Positions 1-12,800 of a stretch of 64,000 nt of DNA are shown here, piece after piece. The position numbers and the translations under genes were made by a program. Where the stretch lies: the NCBI GenBank assembly GCA_009602725.1, contig WELB01000032.1:166762-230761 (forward strand). Direction: 5' to 3'. Every line of letters starts with the position of its first letter. Within the stretch, counting starts at the first letter, position 1. Below the pieces are notes generated by a model, which saw only the letters and a list, made by a program, of their open reading frames with translations, made no database searches and was not told the origin of the DNA. The stretch comes from Spirogloea muscicola (lineage: Eukaryota).

Positions 1-3000
1 GCCGTCGGGAGGGCCGACGGCCGCCACGGCACGCAGCGCAGAGCCACTGCCGGCAGCGGCGGCTGCAGCCTCCTCCAACGGGGCCCATGGCGGCGCCGCG
101 GCGGCGGCAGAGGAAGTCAGCGGCGGCGGCTACCGGCAGCCGCCGCCGGAGATCGCGGCGATCGTGGACGCGCCGCCGACGCCGGCGCTGTCCTTCTCGC
201 CGCTGCGCACCGAGATCCTGTTCCTGGAGCGCCCCGCGCTGCAGCCCGTGGCGGAGCTCGCCCGCCCCGAGCTCAAGCTCGCCGGCATCCGCCTCGACCC
301 CGAGTGCAACACCCGCAGCCGCATGTGAGCGCCGCTGCTGCGCCTCCACAGCCACCGCAGCCGATGAGTTGCCCTCTGCTCGAGTCGCGACGAATGCCAT
401 TTTACTGGTTGCGGCTGCTGAGATGGCGGCAACTTGCGTGCACCAAAATCTGCACTCGTGTGACGTTAGCTGGCCACCGCAGGCTCTCGACTTGGTTGAC
501 CTGTGATGTTGGGTCTGGTGTCAGCAGCTGGAAGCACTCGGTCTAGACTGCCACCTGCGGCACCCCAGTGGGGCCAGTCCTTTGGATCGCAGTAGTGGTC
601 TCAGGCATGCAGTATTCGCATATGCAAAAGAGTGCTGAGCAGTGGCAGTCGACGGGCCTGCCCTGCTGCACAGCTGTACGGGCAAGGCCTCTCATTCGAG
701 CTGCTCTTCGTGTACAGGTCGTTCTACACGGGGATGAAGGTCGCGAAGCTGGCCGAGGACGGCACGCTGGGGCCCGAGCGGGCCATCACTGGCCTCCCCG
801 AGGGCGCCAAGATCAACTTCGTCAGCTGGTCTGTGCGCTGCCTGTGGCTTTCCATCCCTCCGCCTGACATCGCATGTCTTCCTCAATCCCTTGGACTGCC
901 ACGGCCGCAGTTGCTTGGGGAGTAGTACCAAGCGTTCGTTCAAAGTACACGTGCAGTTTAGCCTGGTATAGCCTCGCCGTCGGCTGCTGGCAATGCTTGC
1001 ATTCGTCAGATTTCACCATCCTCGTCTTTTGCTTCTGGCCAGGTCTCCCAGCGGAAAGTACATTGGTTTCACCCTCCGGACAACAGAGGAGGTTTGCTTT
1101 GCTCCATCCGAAAGCTCCAGCAGAGTTCAATCATCTGCGTTATCTTCAGTACGCCACACGTCCATCTTGAAAGCAAGGCCCTTGAAGAGCAACTCAGAGT
1201 GGACCAGGCTTTGCTTCTTGCTCGTTGTACAGGAGGGCAGCGCCAGAGACCTGCTCGGGCTCTGGGTGGTCGATGTTGCTGACGGCCAAGCGCGCCAGCT
1301 GATGGGGCCTCCTGACTACGCCCTCAACACCATGTTTGACTCGTGAGTACCCAAGGAAGTTGTGTACATGCTTGAGAATCGGGACACACATCCACTGCAG
1401 AAGACTTGGGAACACTAGTACAAGAAGTACGCTTGCCTGACATCTGAAGCTTGATCACAGCTACAAGGGCTTGCTTAAGTTGCCATGTTGCTGCTGAGCC
1501 GGCAGTGAGACTGACGTGGCAGCACGTTGTGCCGCATGGAAGCTACTCGTGGCTCGACGACGAGTTGCTCATCGTCTCCACCATACCTCACCAGAGGGGC
1601 CCTCCGCCGAAGAAGCCGCTGACGCCGTACGGCCCCACGATCCAGATGAGTGAGGTTGGGAAGGTGTCCCAAGCGAGGACGTACCAGGACCTGCTCAAGG
1701 ACAAGCATGACGAGAAGCTGTTTGAGTACTATGGGACTGCACAACTCGTGAAGGTGGATCTTAGGGGGCACGTCTCTTTATTTGGCGAGCCAAGGCTCTA
1801 CACGTCTATCGACCCCTCCCCTGATGAGAAGTACATCCTGGTAAGTACATGACTTTGGGCCGAGCGTCAGCCTGTGGTCAGCACTGCATATGGAAGTAGA
1901 CGTGGAATATTGATATCTCAAGAGTTGAGAAGGAAGAGCGGGACCGTAGAAACCCTGGCACTTTTCTGGAGCTCTCAAGCAGTACCTTATGTGATATCCT
2001 CCCGCGCCATATCTGATGCCGCTTATTGGCCAGATTACAAGCATCGAGCGGCCGTTCTCCCTCCTGGTGCCCTGCGGGAGGTTCCCAAAGAGGGTGGAGG
2101 TGTGGAATCGCGATGCGGAGGTGGTGCAGGAAGTTGCATATCTCCCCCTCGCTGAGGACATACCCATCACGTTCAACAGCGTCCGCCAGGGCCGCCGCTC
2201 AATAAACTGGCGCGCTGACCAGCCAGCGCAGCTCTGCTGGTGAGGATGTGTCATATGCTTGGATGCAAATCAGGCTTATGGTGCTTTTACAGGTAGCCTT
2301 TTGCTTTATAAGTGCAGGTGGCACTTGTTCTCACTGTCGATTGACAAAATTGACCACTTTGTAAACAGGGTAGAGACGCAGGATGGTGGTGATGCAAAAG
2401 TGGAAGTGTCTCCTCGTGATATCGTCTACACACATCCTCCGGAGCCTGCACCGGGAGAGGCCCCCGACATTGTTCATCAGCTGGACTTACGCTACGGGTG
2501 GGGTACAGAAGCTCTCCCTTTGACTTGGGCACGCGCACATCCGCTGACAAATTGCACGGAGCTGACGAGTCAGACATAAAATCAGCAATAACTGTTCTCG
2601 TCCTTTGCTGCAGAGGTATCACCTGGGGTGATGAGGGCCTCGCGCTGGTGTACGAGAGCTGGTTTAAGACCAGGCGCACAGTGACATGGCGGATTGCACC
2701 TGATCACAGCGTTCCCCCGAAGGTACTCTTTGACCGCTCCTACGAGGACTCCTACTCGGACCCCGGCAGCCCCATGCTGCGGAGGACCGATTGGGGAAGC
2801 TATGTGGTGGCCAGAATTGCAACAGCAGACGGGAAGCGCAAGCTTCTTCTGGACGGTGATGGAGCCACCCCGGAGGGCAACTTCCCGTTCTTGGATCTGC
2901 TTGACATGTGCGGCCACTGTTCTTAGCACCCTCTCTGACGTTCGTTCAGAGTTAAGGTCATGGGCCAAGCTCCAGTGTCTGTGCTATGTCTTCTGTATCT

Positions 3001-5186
3001 CAGTCCTGTTCATGTTCGTCTAGCACAAGCTTTTGGCCTCGTATCTCACTATGCCCATTTGTTGCCTAATCAACATCACAACTCCCTTGATTGTCAATTC
3101 AAACTACGTCTGTCTGCATGCCCCAGAGAGACTGGGGAGACGGAGAGGATCTGGCAGAGCCCCAAGGAGGAATGGTATGAATCAGTGGCGACGCTGATGT
3201 CCGACTGGAAGCAAGGGGACCTGACCTTTGACCAGCTCCGCGTCCTCATTTCGAGGGAGTCTCAGATGGACCCACCCCAGTACTTCCTGCGTCGCTGGTC
3301 GGACCAGACCATGAAGCAGATCACATTCTTCCCCCACCCATACCCACAGCTGAAGGTTTGGCTTCTCAACTGCACTGGCCCTCGTACTGACTCCCTTGTT
3401 GTTGGGGTAGCTCCATGGTCTAACACCAGCAATATGGGCGGCATTCTGCAGGGCCTGTCCAAGGAAATCATCTGTTATCAGAGGGAGGATGGCGTGCAGC
3501 TGACGGCCACACTCTACTTACCACCAGACTACGACCCAGCAGTAGACGGGCCTCGCCCAATGCTTATGTGGGCTTACCCCCGAGAGTTCAAGAGCAAGGA
3601 CGCAGCTGGGCAGGTTCGGGGAAGTCAGTACTCTTTTGCTGGGATTGGGTCAACATCAGCCTTGCTGTGGTTGGCAAAAGGGTAAGTCCTGTCCAATGCT
3701 GCAAGTTTGTGTCATGATTGCTTGGCAATGCTCTTTGTGCAATGTATCACATTATGGTCAGTCAAGGCCTCTAGCCACTCAACTCCCTTGTAACAGGTTT
3801 TACTGACAAGGTCCTTGCTGTAAGATTGTCAGGTACGCAATCTTAGATGGGCCAACATTTCCTATTGTTGGGGAAGGACATGTTGAAGCCAATGACAGGT
3901 GGACAGTTTATCATGCTCTGATTCTGCAGAAGCTCATTGCAATTCAGCTGCACTAGCTCATGCACTTGGGAAGCCTAGCTTTGTGAAGAGTTATGACCTG
4001 AGCTCCGGAATTGATCTGATGCCTGCTTGCACTATTGTGCATGCAGTTACGTCGACCAGCTCGTGGCCAGCGCCCAGGCTGCAGTCAAGGAAGTTGTCAG
4101 GAGAGGGGTGAACACCCCTATAACTCAAGCGTACAGTGAATACCTTAAGCTGGACACCCATAGCTTGGGTGATCACACATGAAATATCAGAGGAGTGCTT
4201 TGTTTACTGCTATCCTTTGCTTCATCTGGAGGTAGTCTGACTAGCTGCCTTGATGGCGATTGCACTTGCTCGTTTGCCCAGGTTGCTGACCCAGGAAAAA
4301 TTGCCATCGGCGGTCACTCCTATGGAGCATTCATGGCTGCCAACCTGCTTGCTCATGCTCCTGAGCTTTTCGCCTGTGGCATTGCCCGCAGCGGGGCCTA
4401 CAACAGGACACTCACACCCTTTGGTTTCCAGGTTAGCAATGTTCCTAATTGATTAGTGCATAATGTCTAGGGCCGTTTGGCACAAAGGGCCACAGGCCTG
4501 CATCTGGTACTCATAGTATATGCTCTGCCTGGCCCATAATATGCACCTATAGCGATTGATAACCGCAGTTTGTAAGGAGCGGCCATGTTTCTGTGCTGCT
4601 TACGTGTCTTGGATTGTGCAGTCAGAAGAGCGTACATTGTGGGAGGCGCCTGAGGTCTATGTCCAGATGAGCCCGTTCATGCTTGCAAACAAGATCAAGA
4701 AGCCGCTGCTTCTGATCCACGGCGAGGATGACAACAACACTGGGACCTTCCCGATGCAGGTGCTGCTGATGATTAGTGGCCAGTGTCAGTAGCTGTTTAC
4801 GCAAAGATCCTCTGCAAGCTACAAGTGTGCGGAGTTGTTTTCCGTTGTGCTTGGTCTTAATGCCTGAAGTATACCATCACAAACGTGTGCAGTCGGAGCG
4901 ATTCTTTGCCGCGCTGAAGGGTCATGGAGCCCCGTGCCGGCTGGTGCTGCTGCCGCACGAGAGCCACGGCTATCGCGGCCGGGAGAGCGTGATGCACACC
5001 CTGGCTGAAATGGATGCGTGGCTGGAGGAGAACTGTGTTGGCGGCGCCTCCAGCAATGGCACCTGTCCTGCAGCCAACTTGGCTGGTGAGGTGAAAGTTG
5101 CAGCTGGCGTTGCAGAGAGTGGGGCGAGCAACACAGGAAGGTCTGGGAAGCTTGTGGACGATGGTCGCCCTTTGTCTGCTTTGTGA
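1..5186 (+). CDS. GEP: Chloroplast glutamyl endopeptidase, S9 serine peptidase (multi-exon, 5' end upstream of the window)
   Basis: Exons read GYRQPPPEIAAIVDAPPTPALSFSP (~128), WAYPREFKSKDAAGQVRGS (~3570), nucleophile motif GGHSYGAF (~4310), LLIHGEDDNN (~4710) and LPHESHGY (~4950). Stop at 5184-5186. GT-AG introns of ~80-200 nt separate the ORF pieces. Confidence 0.92.
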
Positions 5187-5917
5187 CCTTTGAGGGTTGG
5201 GGTTGAGGTGTACTTTTGTGAATAATTGCAGCTCGTCTCCCCATAGTCTTATGCCAGGTCTCCTCCCATGGATTCACGTTAAGATCTGATTAATCTCTTT
5301 GCCATCAGCTTATGCTGTGCCGATCTGTGGATCCAGATATACATTCGTTATCATGTATTCCAAGTACATGCTCATTCCAGATCACAATGCATTCATAGAT
5401 TGTCTCGTCCGTTGTGCGCCGCTTTCCAAGCCTGAGCTTGAGTGTGAACGTCTGCCTCGGTGCTAGGCAATGCTGCGAAGCTCCGTCACTTGAAGCTTGA
5501 ACGCTGTTGAGATCTGTGGCACCGGGGAGAGATGAAGTGATGATCGTTGTCCTTGGCAGTAGCAATAGCGGATTCTTAGGTCATGGATCCAACTGAGCTG
5601 CAATCATGGACTTTACAGCTCAATTCTACGAGCTCCTGTGTAAACGAAGAAGAGAAGACGCTTCCAGGAAACGAAGAGGAGTGACCGTTTGATGGCTGCA
5701 GAAGGGCAAGACCATCGAGGTGGAGCATCCTTCCATCTCATGCGCACCGTGCGCCTTACTGGAACAGCTCTTCCGAATTACGTGGCAATAGGAGAGGCCA
5801 GCTCATAGGAGTGTACAAGGTCTAAAGAGGGTCGGAAGGAGAGATTCTAGTCTCCGAGACGTCAGCAAGAGGCGCTCAATGACCGCGAGTCAGCAAGTGC
5901 AGTTTAGAAAGCCCCGG

Positions 5918-6000
5918 AACCCAGAACCTTGAACCCAAGCAGGGGCAAGCGTTGGGAGTTCAGGATTTAAGGGTTTAGGATTTAGGGTTTAGGATTTAGG
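5918..6000. repeat. Degenerate plant telomere-like (telo-box) repeats upstream of RPA1
   Basis: TTTAAGGG TTTAGGA TTTAGGG TTTAGGA TTTAGG at 5966-6000, preceded by C-strand-like AACCCAG AACCTTG AACCCAA at 5918-5938. Confidence 0.75.
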
Positions 6001-6174
6001 CGACGGAGGTGGCGTGGGCCCGACGGCGCGAGACGGCCAAGGCGTTCCCGGGGGCCGGCGATTCAAACGCCGCCGGCGCGGCCCGCCCGCTTCCCGCGCT
6101 CCGGCGCGCCGCCACATGTGGCGGGGCCGCTTCCCCGCCGGGCCCCCCGGCGGTTTTCTGGCGGCGCCGCCTGA

Positions 6175-6234
6175 ATTGGCGGCGCCGCCAAAAACACCCT
6201 TCTGGCGCGGGCGGCTTATGGCGCGACCGCCAAA
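6175..6234. promoter_or_regulatory. Cluster of E2F-type sites in the RPA1 promoter
   Basis: ATTGGCGG (6175-6182) and CCGCCAAA (6185-6192, 6227-6234) match the plant WTTSSCSS E2F consensus. The first two overlap the palindrome TTGGCGGCGCCGCCAA. They lie ~100-150 nt before the ATG of a replication gene. Confidence 0.6.
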
Positions 6235-6329
6235 TGCTTTTCATTCTCCAGTGGCCCNGGCCCGGCGCCGGCACGCCCGAGCGCCTCGCCCGCTTGAGAG
6301 CGCGGGACGGGGCCGGGTGAGGCGCCGCC

Positions 6330-9300
6330 ATGGCGCAGCTCACGGCGGGCGCCATCAAGGGCCTGAGCGACGGGCAGAGCGAGCTGCGCCCGGTGCTGCA
6401 GGTGTGGGAGATGCGGCAGATTGGGAGCCCCAGCAACACGGCGCAGGAGCGCTTCCGCCTCATCCTCTCGGACGGCCTGCAGCTGCACCAGGCCATGCTC
6501 GCCACGCAGCTCAACGACGCCGTCAAGAGCGGCGGCCTCGCCAAGGGCTCCATCATCCGCCTCCAAGAGTACATCTGCAACAAGGTCCAGAACCGCAAGT
6601 GAGGCCTGCGCTCCCGGGCTCGGCTTACGCACGCGCATCCATCCGGCGAGGCTGCTCTAGTGACCGCCCCATCGCACAGCCCGTCGTGCATCACTGCCGC
6701 AGTCCACTGCTTCCAAGCCTGAGCCCGGTCCTGAGTCTCTGCGCATCTTCCGGCGTCGTCTGAGCTTGTTGCTGACAACGAAATGCGGCTTGCGGCTTGC
6801 GGCTTGCATGACCAGTGTTGTCTGACGTCGTTGCTTTGAATACTAGTTGACATGGAGGCTTTCCCTTCAGCTTTCACGATAGAATTTGCCAGCTGACAGT
6901 GGTGGCCCTGGGCCTGCCTTTCCTTGACCTGATGGCCAGGATTATCATTGTGCTCAACTTGGACGTCTTGGTGCAAAATTCCGAACCTATTGGCAATCCA
7001 AGCTTACTTGGCACAGATACAGGTGCTACGGGAGCTCCCAGCAAACCTAGCACACAGCAGCCCTTGCAGGAGCTCGCCACCAACCACGTCCCTTATGTCA
7101 ATGGTGCCCACCCTGCGCGAGGAGATGGGCTCCGTCAAGGTCCAGAGCAGGGCTATGGTGCGGGAGGATCGGTGGGACTGTTCCAGCAGAATCAGCAGCG
7201 GCCGCAGCAGCAGGTGGGCGCCTATGCAAAGCCGGAGCTCGTCGGAGGGGGGAACGGCTACCAGCCTACGCCTTTGTACAGTAGCAGAGGCCCGATTTCG
7301 CGGAACGAGGCCCCGGCTAGGATCATCCCCATCGCAGCGCTGAACCCCTACCAAGGCAGGTGGGCTATCAAGGCCAGAGTCACACAGAAGAGCGGCCTGA
7401 AGCGGTACCACAATGCCAAAGGTGATGGGAGGCTCTTCTCCTTTGACCTCTTGGACGCCGAGGGCGGCGAGATCAGGGTCACGTGCTTCAACAGGGAGGC
7501 TGACACGTTCTTCGAGAAGGTGGAGGCAGGCCGCGTCTACCTCATTGGCAAGGGGGACTTGAAGGCCGCTCAGAAGAACTTCAACCACTTGAGAAACGAG
7601 TGGGAAATGACTTTGGGTGGCCAGTCGACTGTCGAAGCTTGTCCAGATGACGGAAGCATCCCCAATCAGCACTTTGATTTCAGGTGATTATGATAGGGTG
7701 GAGCATTGTGGTTGACCAGCGACAGCAGCTAGATTGCTGCTGTCATGCGTGATCCTCTCAAGGCATTCTGTGGTGCCATCAGCAGAAGAAGGATACCGCA
7801 GATTAGATACCGTCCCTAGTTCTCACAGAGCTAGTCATCTGCAGGTTGCTCAGTCAACTGAGACTGCAATTTGCTGTTACAGGACAATAGCTGAGGTGGA
7901 GTGCATGGACAATAATGCCATTGTGGACGCGATCGGCGTTATCGTCAGTGTGACCCCTACACAGACGATTTTGCGGAAAAACGGGCTGGAGACTCAGAAA
8001 AGGTCCTGCATGATCCGAGATAGGTCGGAGCGGCAGTGCGAGGTCACCATGTGGGGAGAGTTCTGCTCCAAAGAGGGTCAGCAGCTCCAGGTCCGAGGGC
8101 CCACCACTCAACAAATCTCTCAAGGATTGGATCTGAGGGCTCAATGCAAAAAGGAGTGAAGAGTATTATGCACTGCAGCAGTAGAGTATAGCAAATACGA
8201 GTGCAGCCTTCACTTTGGTGTTGATTGGCTCTGATACTGCGTGATCCCTGCAGGAGCTCTGTGACGCAGGCGATGCACCAATCTTGGCTGTCAAGTCCGG
8301 CCGGATCAGCGACTTTAGCGGAAAGTCCATTGGAACAATCAACTCTAGCCAGCTGATGATCAACCCCGACATCAAGCAGGCTCACGAGCTGCGCAGCTGG
8401 TACAGCACGGAGGGAGGGAGGAACGCTCCAGTGACCAGCATCTCTCGAGAGGGAGCTGGGATGAGGTCAGACGTCCGTAAGACCCTCGCCGCAATCAAAG
8501 ACGAAGACATGGGCCGGTCAGGGAAGCCGGATTGGATAGCCATCAGGGCTACCATTGCCTTCATCAAGAAGGACAACTTCTGCTACGCGGCCTGCCCCCT
8601 GATGCAAGGCGACCGGCCCTGCAACAAGAAGGTCAACCAGGACGGCGACGGCCTGTGGAGGTGTGACAGGTGCACTCCAGGCGTGGTGGAGGAACCGGAC
8701 TACCGATACATCCTGCAGATTCAGGCGCAGGACCACACTTGTGCACAGTGGCTGACTGCCTTCCAGGAAACAGCAGAAGAGATCATGGGCGTCAAAGCCA
8801 AGGACTTGTTCGAGTGGAAGCAGAATGGCGATCCCCAAGCTGAGGAAGCATTTGTGCGGCCACAGTTTAGCCAGTACCTTTTCAAGGTGAAGGTCAAGGA
8901 GGAGAGCTTCCAGGACGAGCAGCGAGTCAAGTGTACGGTGGTCAAGGCAGACAAGGTCGACTTTGCAACTGAGTCTCGGCTTCTTCTAGAACTGATCGAC
9001 AAGCTGGAGAGGGGGGAGTCCATCCACACGCCTATGTCGCAATCGAATTTATCCATCACCGGAGCAGTTGGTGGAGGATATGGAGCTGGCAATGCCGCCG
9101 GAGTGTCCTATGGAGGGGCAGGCTATGGAGGAGCAGCTGCTGGAGGTGGGGGTTATAGTGCGGGTGGTGCATATGGAAGCTCCTTCGGCAGTGGAGGCGG
9201 CGGATCAGGCAGCGGCTGCTTCAAGTGCGGCAAAGATGGACACTTTGCCCGCGACTGCCCGCAAGCTGGGGGCGGCGGTTATGGAGGAGGTGGAGGAGTT

Positions 9301-9561
9301 GGTGGAGGCGGGGCTTTCGGAGGCGGTGGCGGAGGTTATGGAGGCGGCGGCTTTGGAGCTGCAACGGGCGGCGGAGGCAGTGGCAGTGGCGGGGGAGGTG
9401 GAGGCCAGAACTGCTTCAAGTGCGGGCAGGGAGGTCACTGGGCAAGGGACTGCCCCAATCAAGGCAGCGGGGGTGGCGGCTATGGTGGCGCTGCATTGAA
9501 GAGCGGCGATGGCTATGGTGGCAGTTATGGAGGTGCCCGGCAATACGGGGCAGGTTTCTAG
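6330..9561 (+). CDS. RPA1: Replication protein A 70-kDa subunit, RPA1C/E-like with Gly-rich C-terminal extension and two CCHC zinc knuckles (4 exons)
   Basis: N-terminal OB fold ([17 protein letters not shown]), [21 protein letters not shown], the DBD-C zinc motif YAACP..CNKKV..WRCDRC, and C-terminal [14 protein letters not shown] and [14 protein letters not shown]. Exons ~6330-6598, ~6940-7683, ~7883-8090 and ~8254-9561. Confidence 0.95.
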
Positions 9562-9820
9562 GACTAGCTGATAGCAACAGGTTGTAGAGGTGCAAGGATG
9601 TACAGAAGTCATTGTTAGATCATTCTTTAGTCACGACTCCCTTATGGCCTCCAGCAAAGAAGGTCCTTTTGCTGTCACACAGCGCTGCAGCAACCTCGCT
9701 GTCTTGCTCGACATCCTGGTCCCTGGGGATGATGGTAGTTGCATGATGCTTCCCCGCGGCATAGCTTGCTCGGTGCCATGCAAGGCGGCTGCGTCCAGGG
9801 AGGGCAATGTACTTCTTGAG

Positions 9821-12800
9821 CTAGAGGGTGACACGCGACGCAGAGCCCTCGGACTCCTCAGAAAATATGCTGTGTCTGTGGCCCATGCCAAGCAGCGAGA
9901 GCTCAGCCAGCCGCTCCAGCGCGCTGCCTATCTCCTCATCGCAGTCCTCATCAGCTTCACCAGCACACAGGGTGGAGGCTCCCCAGCTAGCTTTCATGTG
10001 CGCTCCGTTGGGGGACTCTGATCGGCACCCTGCATTGTCTGTCTTGCATTTGCCTGGTGTGTCGGCAGAGGCAAACAGATGCAGGTGGTGGCGGCCAGGG
10101 CCCTCGTATGCGCCCCATGTGGTGCAGTAGCGCAGCAGCTCCCGCCAATTCGCGTCTTGGTATAATGCAACAGGGTGTCCAAGCACCACAAGCAGGGCCT
10201 GCAGGTGCATCGAGACAAGCATGTGTTGGCACAAACTCCAAGAGAAGCAGTAGTGTTTCCAGGTTGTTGACCTAATATACAGGTACCTTATGTGACCTAT
10301 CAATCTGTGGCTAGTAGGCAGCTGCTAGACCAATTGAAGTCGATGCAGCTATTGACGTGCGCTCCCCTGGGTGTCGTTAGCACCCAATCCTCCAAAAACG
10401 ATGGCCTATATATGTATGTTGCAGCCGAAGAAGAAACAAGGACATTGAACCTTAGCTCGCGTAATGGCCACGTTGAAGCGCTTAGCATTGCCCAGGATGC
10501 CCGCCTGCGAGTCCTCGCCATCGTCAAGGGGTCGTGTGCTGACTGTTGAGATGAATATGATTCTCTCCTCTTGGCCCTGCGATCACGTCGCCACTTTTGT
10601 CAGCTCCCTTAGGAGGCACGTCCAATTCCTCTCACACTACAAGGAGACCAAGGGAGAGCTCCCCGACATTGTACAGCGACAAGATTCTATTGAGACTCAG
10701 CATGTGACCTTGACACCGTTGAGCCATTGTCATGGTTTGTGCCGACGAGCTAGCGACAACAACCTGTCCAGTTCCTTGAACACTTAATTTGCGGAGGTTG
10801 TATGCAACAGATGACCTGGTAATCGTCGACCGTGCCAACTCGCACTCCTGCAAGCTGTCGCTCCCTCAACAACAAGCGAATTCGTCGGACCTGCATCAGA
10901 GAGGTCGTTAGGCAAGCGGACGGACTCTGGAACAACTTGCTGTGCTATGAGTCAGCATGTCAATGGAGCTGGTCAAAGCAAGTCAAACCGCTTCACCTGC
11001 TTGCGATAGGGGGTCATGACGCCTATGTCGGGGATGGTTGCATTTCCGCTTGCTAGCAGCCCCCCAACCAAGTCAACAAGTCGAGCAGCTTCCACAGAGT
11101 TGAAGTAAGAAGGGGAGTCCCCATCCTGCACTTGAGTGCCCCGCACTCCGACAAAAAGCATCGGGAATGACCTCCCCCGTAACTCCGCCCAGCCTAAAGG
11201 TGGCTCAACTGCTGAGGCCTGCAAGGTTTGTTGTAGAGAACGAGGGTAAAGTTCCTCAGTCCCTTGAAAGCGGCAATGAAGCATGAGAATGCCATTGTAA
11301 GCGTTATGCAGGTGAGGGCTCGAGGTACAGACTATATAATAAGTGTGATAGTCATCATTATGCTTCATTTTGCAGTGCTCCGTCGCAGTTCTCAACGGTG
11401 TTGGGGCTGAACTGTCACAGACCTACCTTGGCGCAGGCAATGAGCTCGTTATTGTAGAACATCCTTGAAGGCAGCTCCAACAGCTGCACCAATCACACAA
11501 CCCAGGCGTCAGATGTTGGCCCTCAGGTTGGCAGCAATCTGTTGCTAGCATCTTGCTCGGTCTGAGATGTGGGGTTGAAGGTTGCTGTGCACCGAGTGAA
11601 CTATATATTGCACTGCCAACACGGTATGCAGTGCATCAGCACATGGCATTTGCTGCTGTTGCTGCAATGATTCAGCATTGTGCAGCAACGAGCACCTGGC
11701 TGTTGGCCCTGTAGTTCTTTATGAGCTTCGCCTCAGTCTTTTCAGGTGCAATCTTCATACTGAGCACAATCTTCTCCAGCAAGGACAGTCCAAAGCCTGT
11801 CTTTCTCGCCTCCTCAGAGTGCACCTAAAAGGCGAATTGTCGAAGTAGAGGTCAGGGTGCAAGAACCAAGAATGATGACGCCATTCGAGGTGTAACATAG
11901 TGTGGAGCTCTCAGCAGGGGTCACGTCCACTTATTTGTGGCACATGGAAGACATGCACTGTTGCTTCATTACCATCCTGCCAACAGTATATGCATGTCAT
12001 CACATGCAAGTCTTCACAAGCGCAGAGCAATGAGAATCTCTATCAAAAAAGTGCAAGACTTGCACTTTGGCATGTATCAACTCACCACAGGGCCAAGCTG
12101 ACAAGGATCCCCGCACAAGAGAATGCGTGTCCCACTTTTTGCAAGTGTTAGGGGGATCAATGTCTCTGGAATAAGTGCCTGTGCAAACGAGTTGGGCGGT
12201 TAGACATTCCCCAGAGGAGGAACCTTATGCTGACCAACAAGAGTGCATGCAAGCAGCTGCAATGCTCAAAGGTGCTGCGCTCTTTGGAATGTAGTCACAA
12301 CCAAGCTAGTAGAGTAAGGATGTCTTGCACAGCACAGCAAGCAATCTCCCATTGTTCTGCACAGCAAGCTGTATCTAAGCACAAATCAATATTGAAATAC
12401 CTGACCAGCTTCATCAATCAGTATGTGCGAGAAAGAAGCCCCGGATGGGCACAGCGGCGAGGAATGGAGCAGAGCAGCAGAGGCACAGGTGCAGATGATA
12501 ATCCTGAATTGTTCTGGATTAGATCTGAGGTCAAAGAGACCAAGTTGCTCATTGTAACAGCAGAAATTTTGCCCACCAGATCGCCTGTATGCAAAAGCAT
12601 AGCGCCATGAAATGATGGGTTGCTACCCAATGACATCGTCCTTGACTGAGGCCGCCAGTCTGCGTGGGTCAATCAAGCGCCACATAAGATCTGGAGAGAT
12701 ACCACCCTGGGTCGCCACTCCGCTGCAAAAGAAGGTGATGTCAGACCTCGCTGTATATGAACATGTATATGATGTAAATGCATACAAGAGAATGTGCTCA

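Noticed and set aside
5305..5565. 86-aa minus-strand ORF between GEP and RPA1
   Set aside because: Non-ATG start, no recognisable motif or exon structure.
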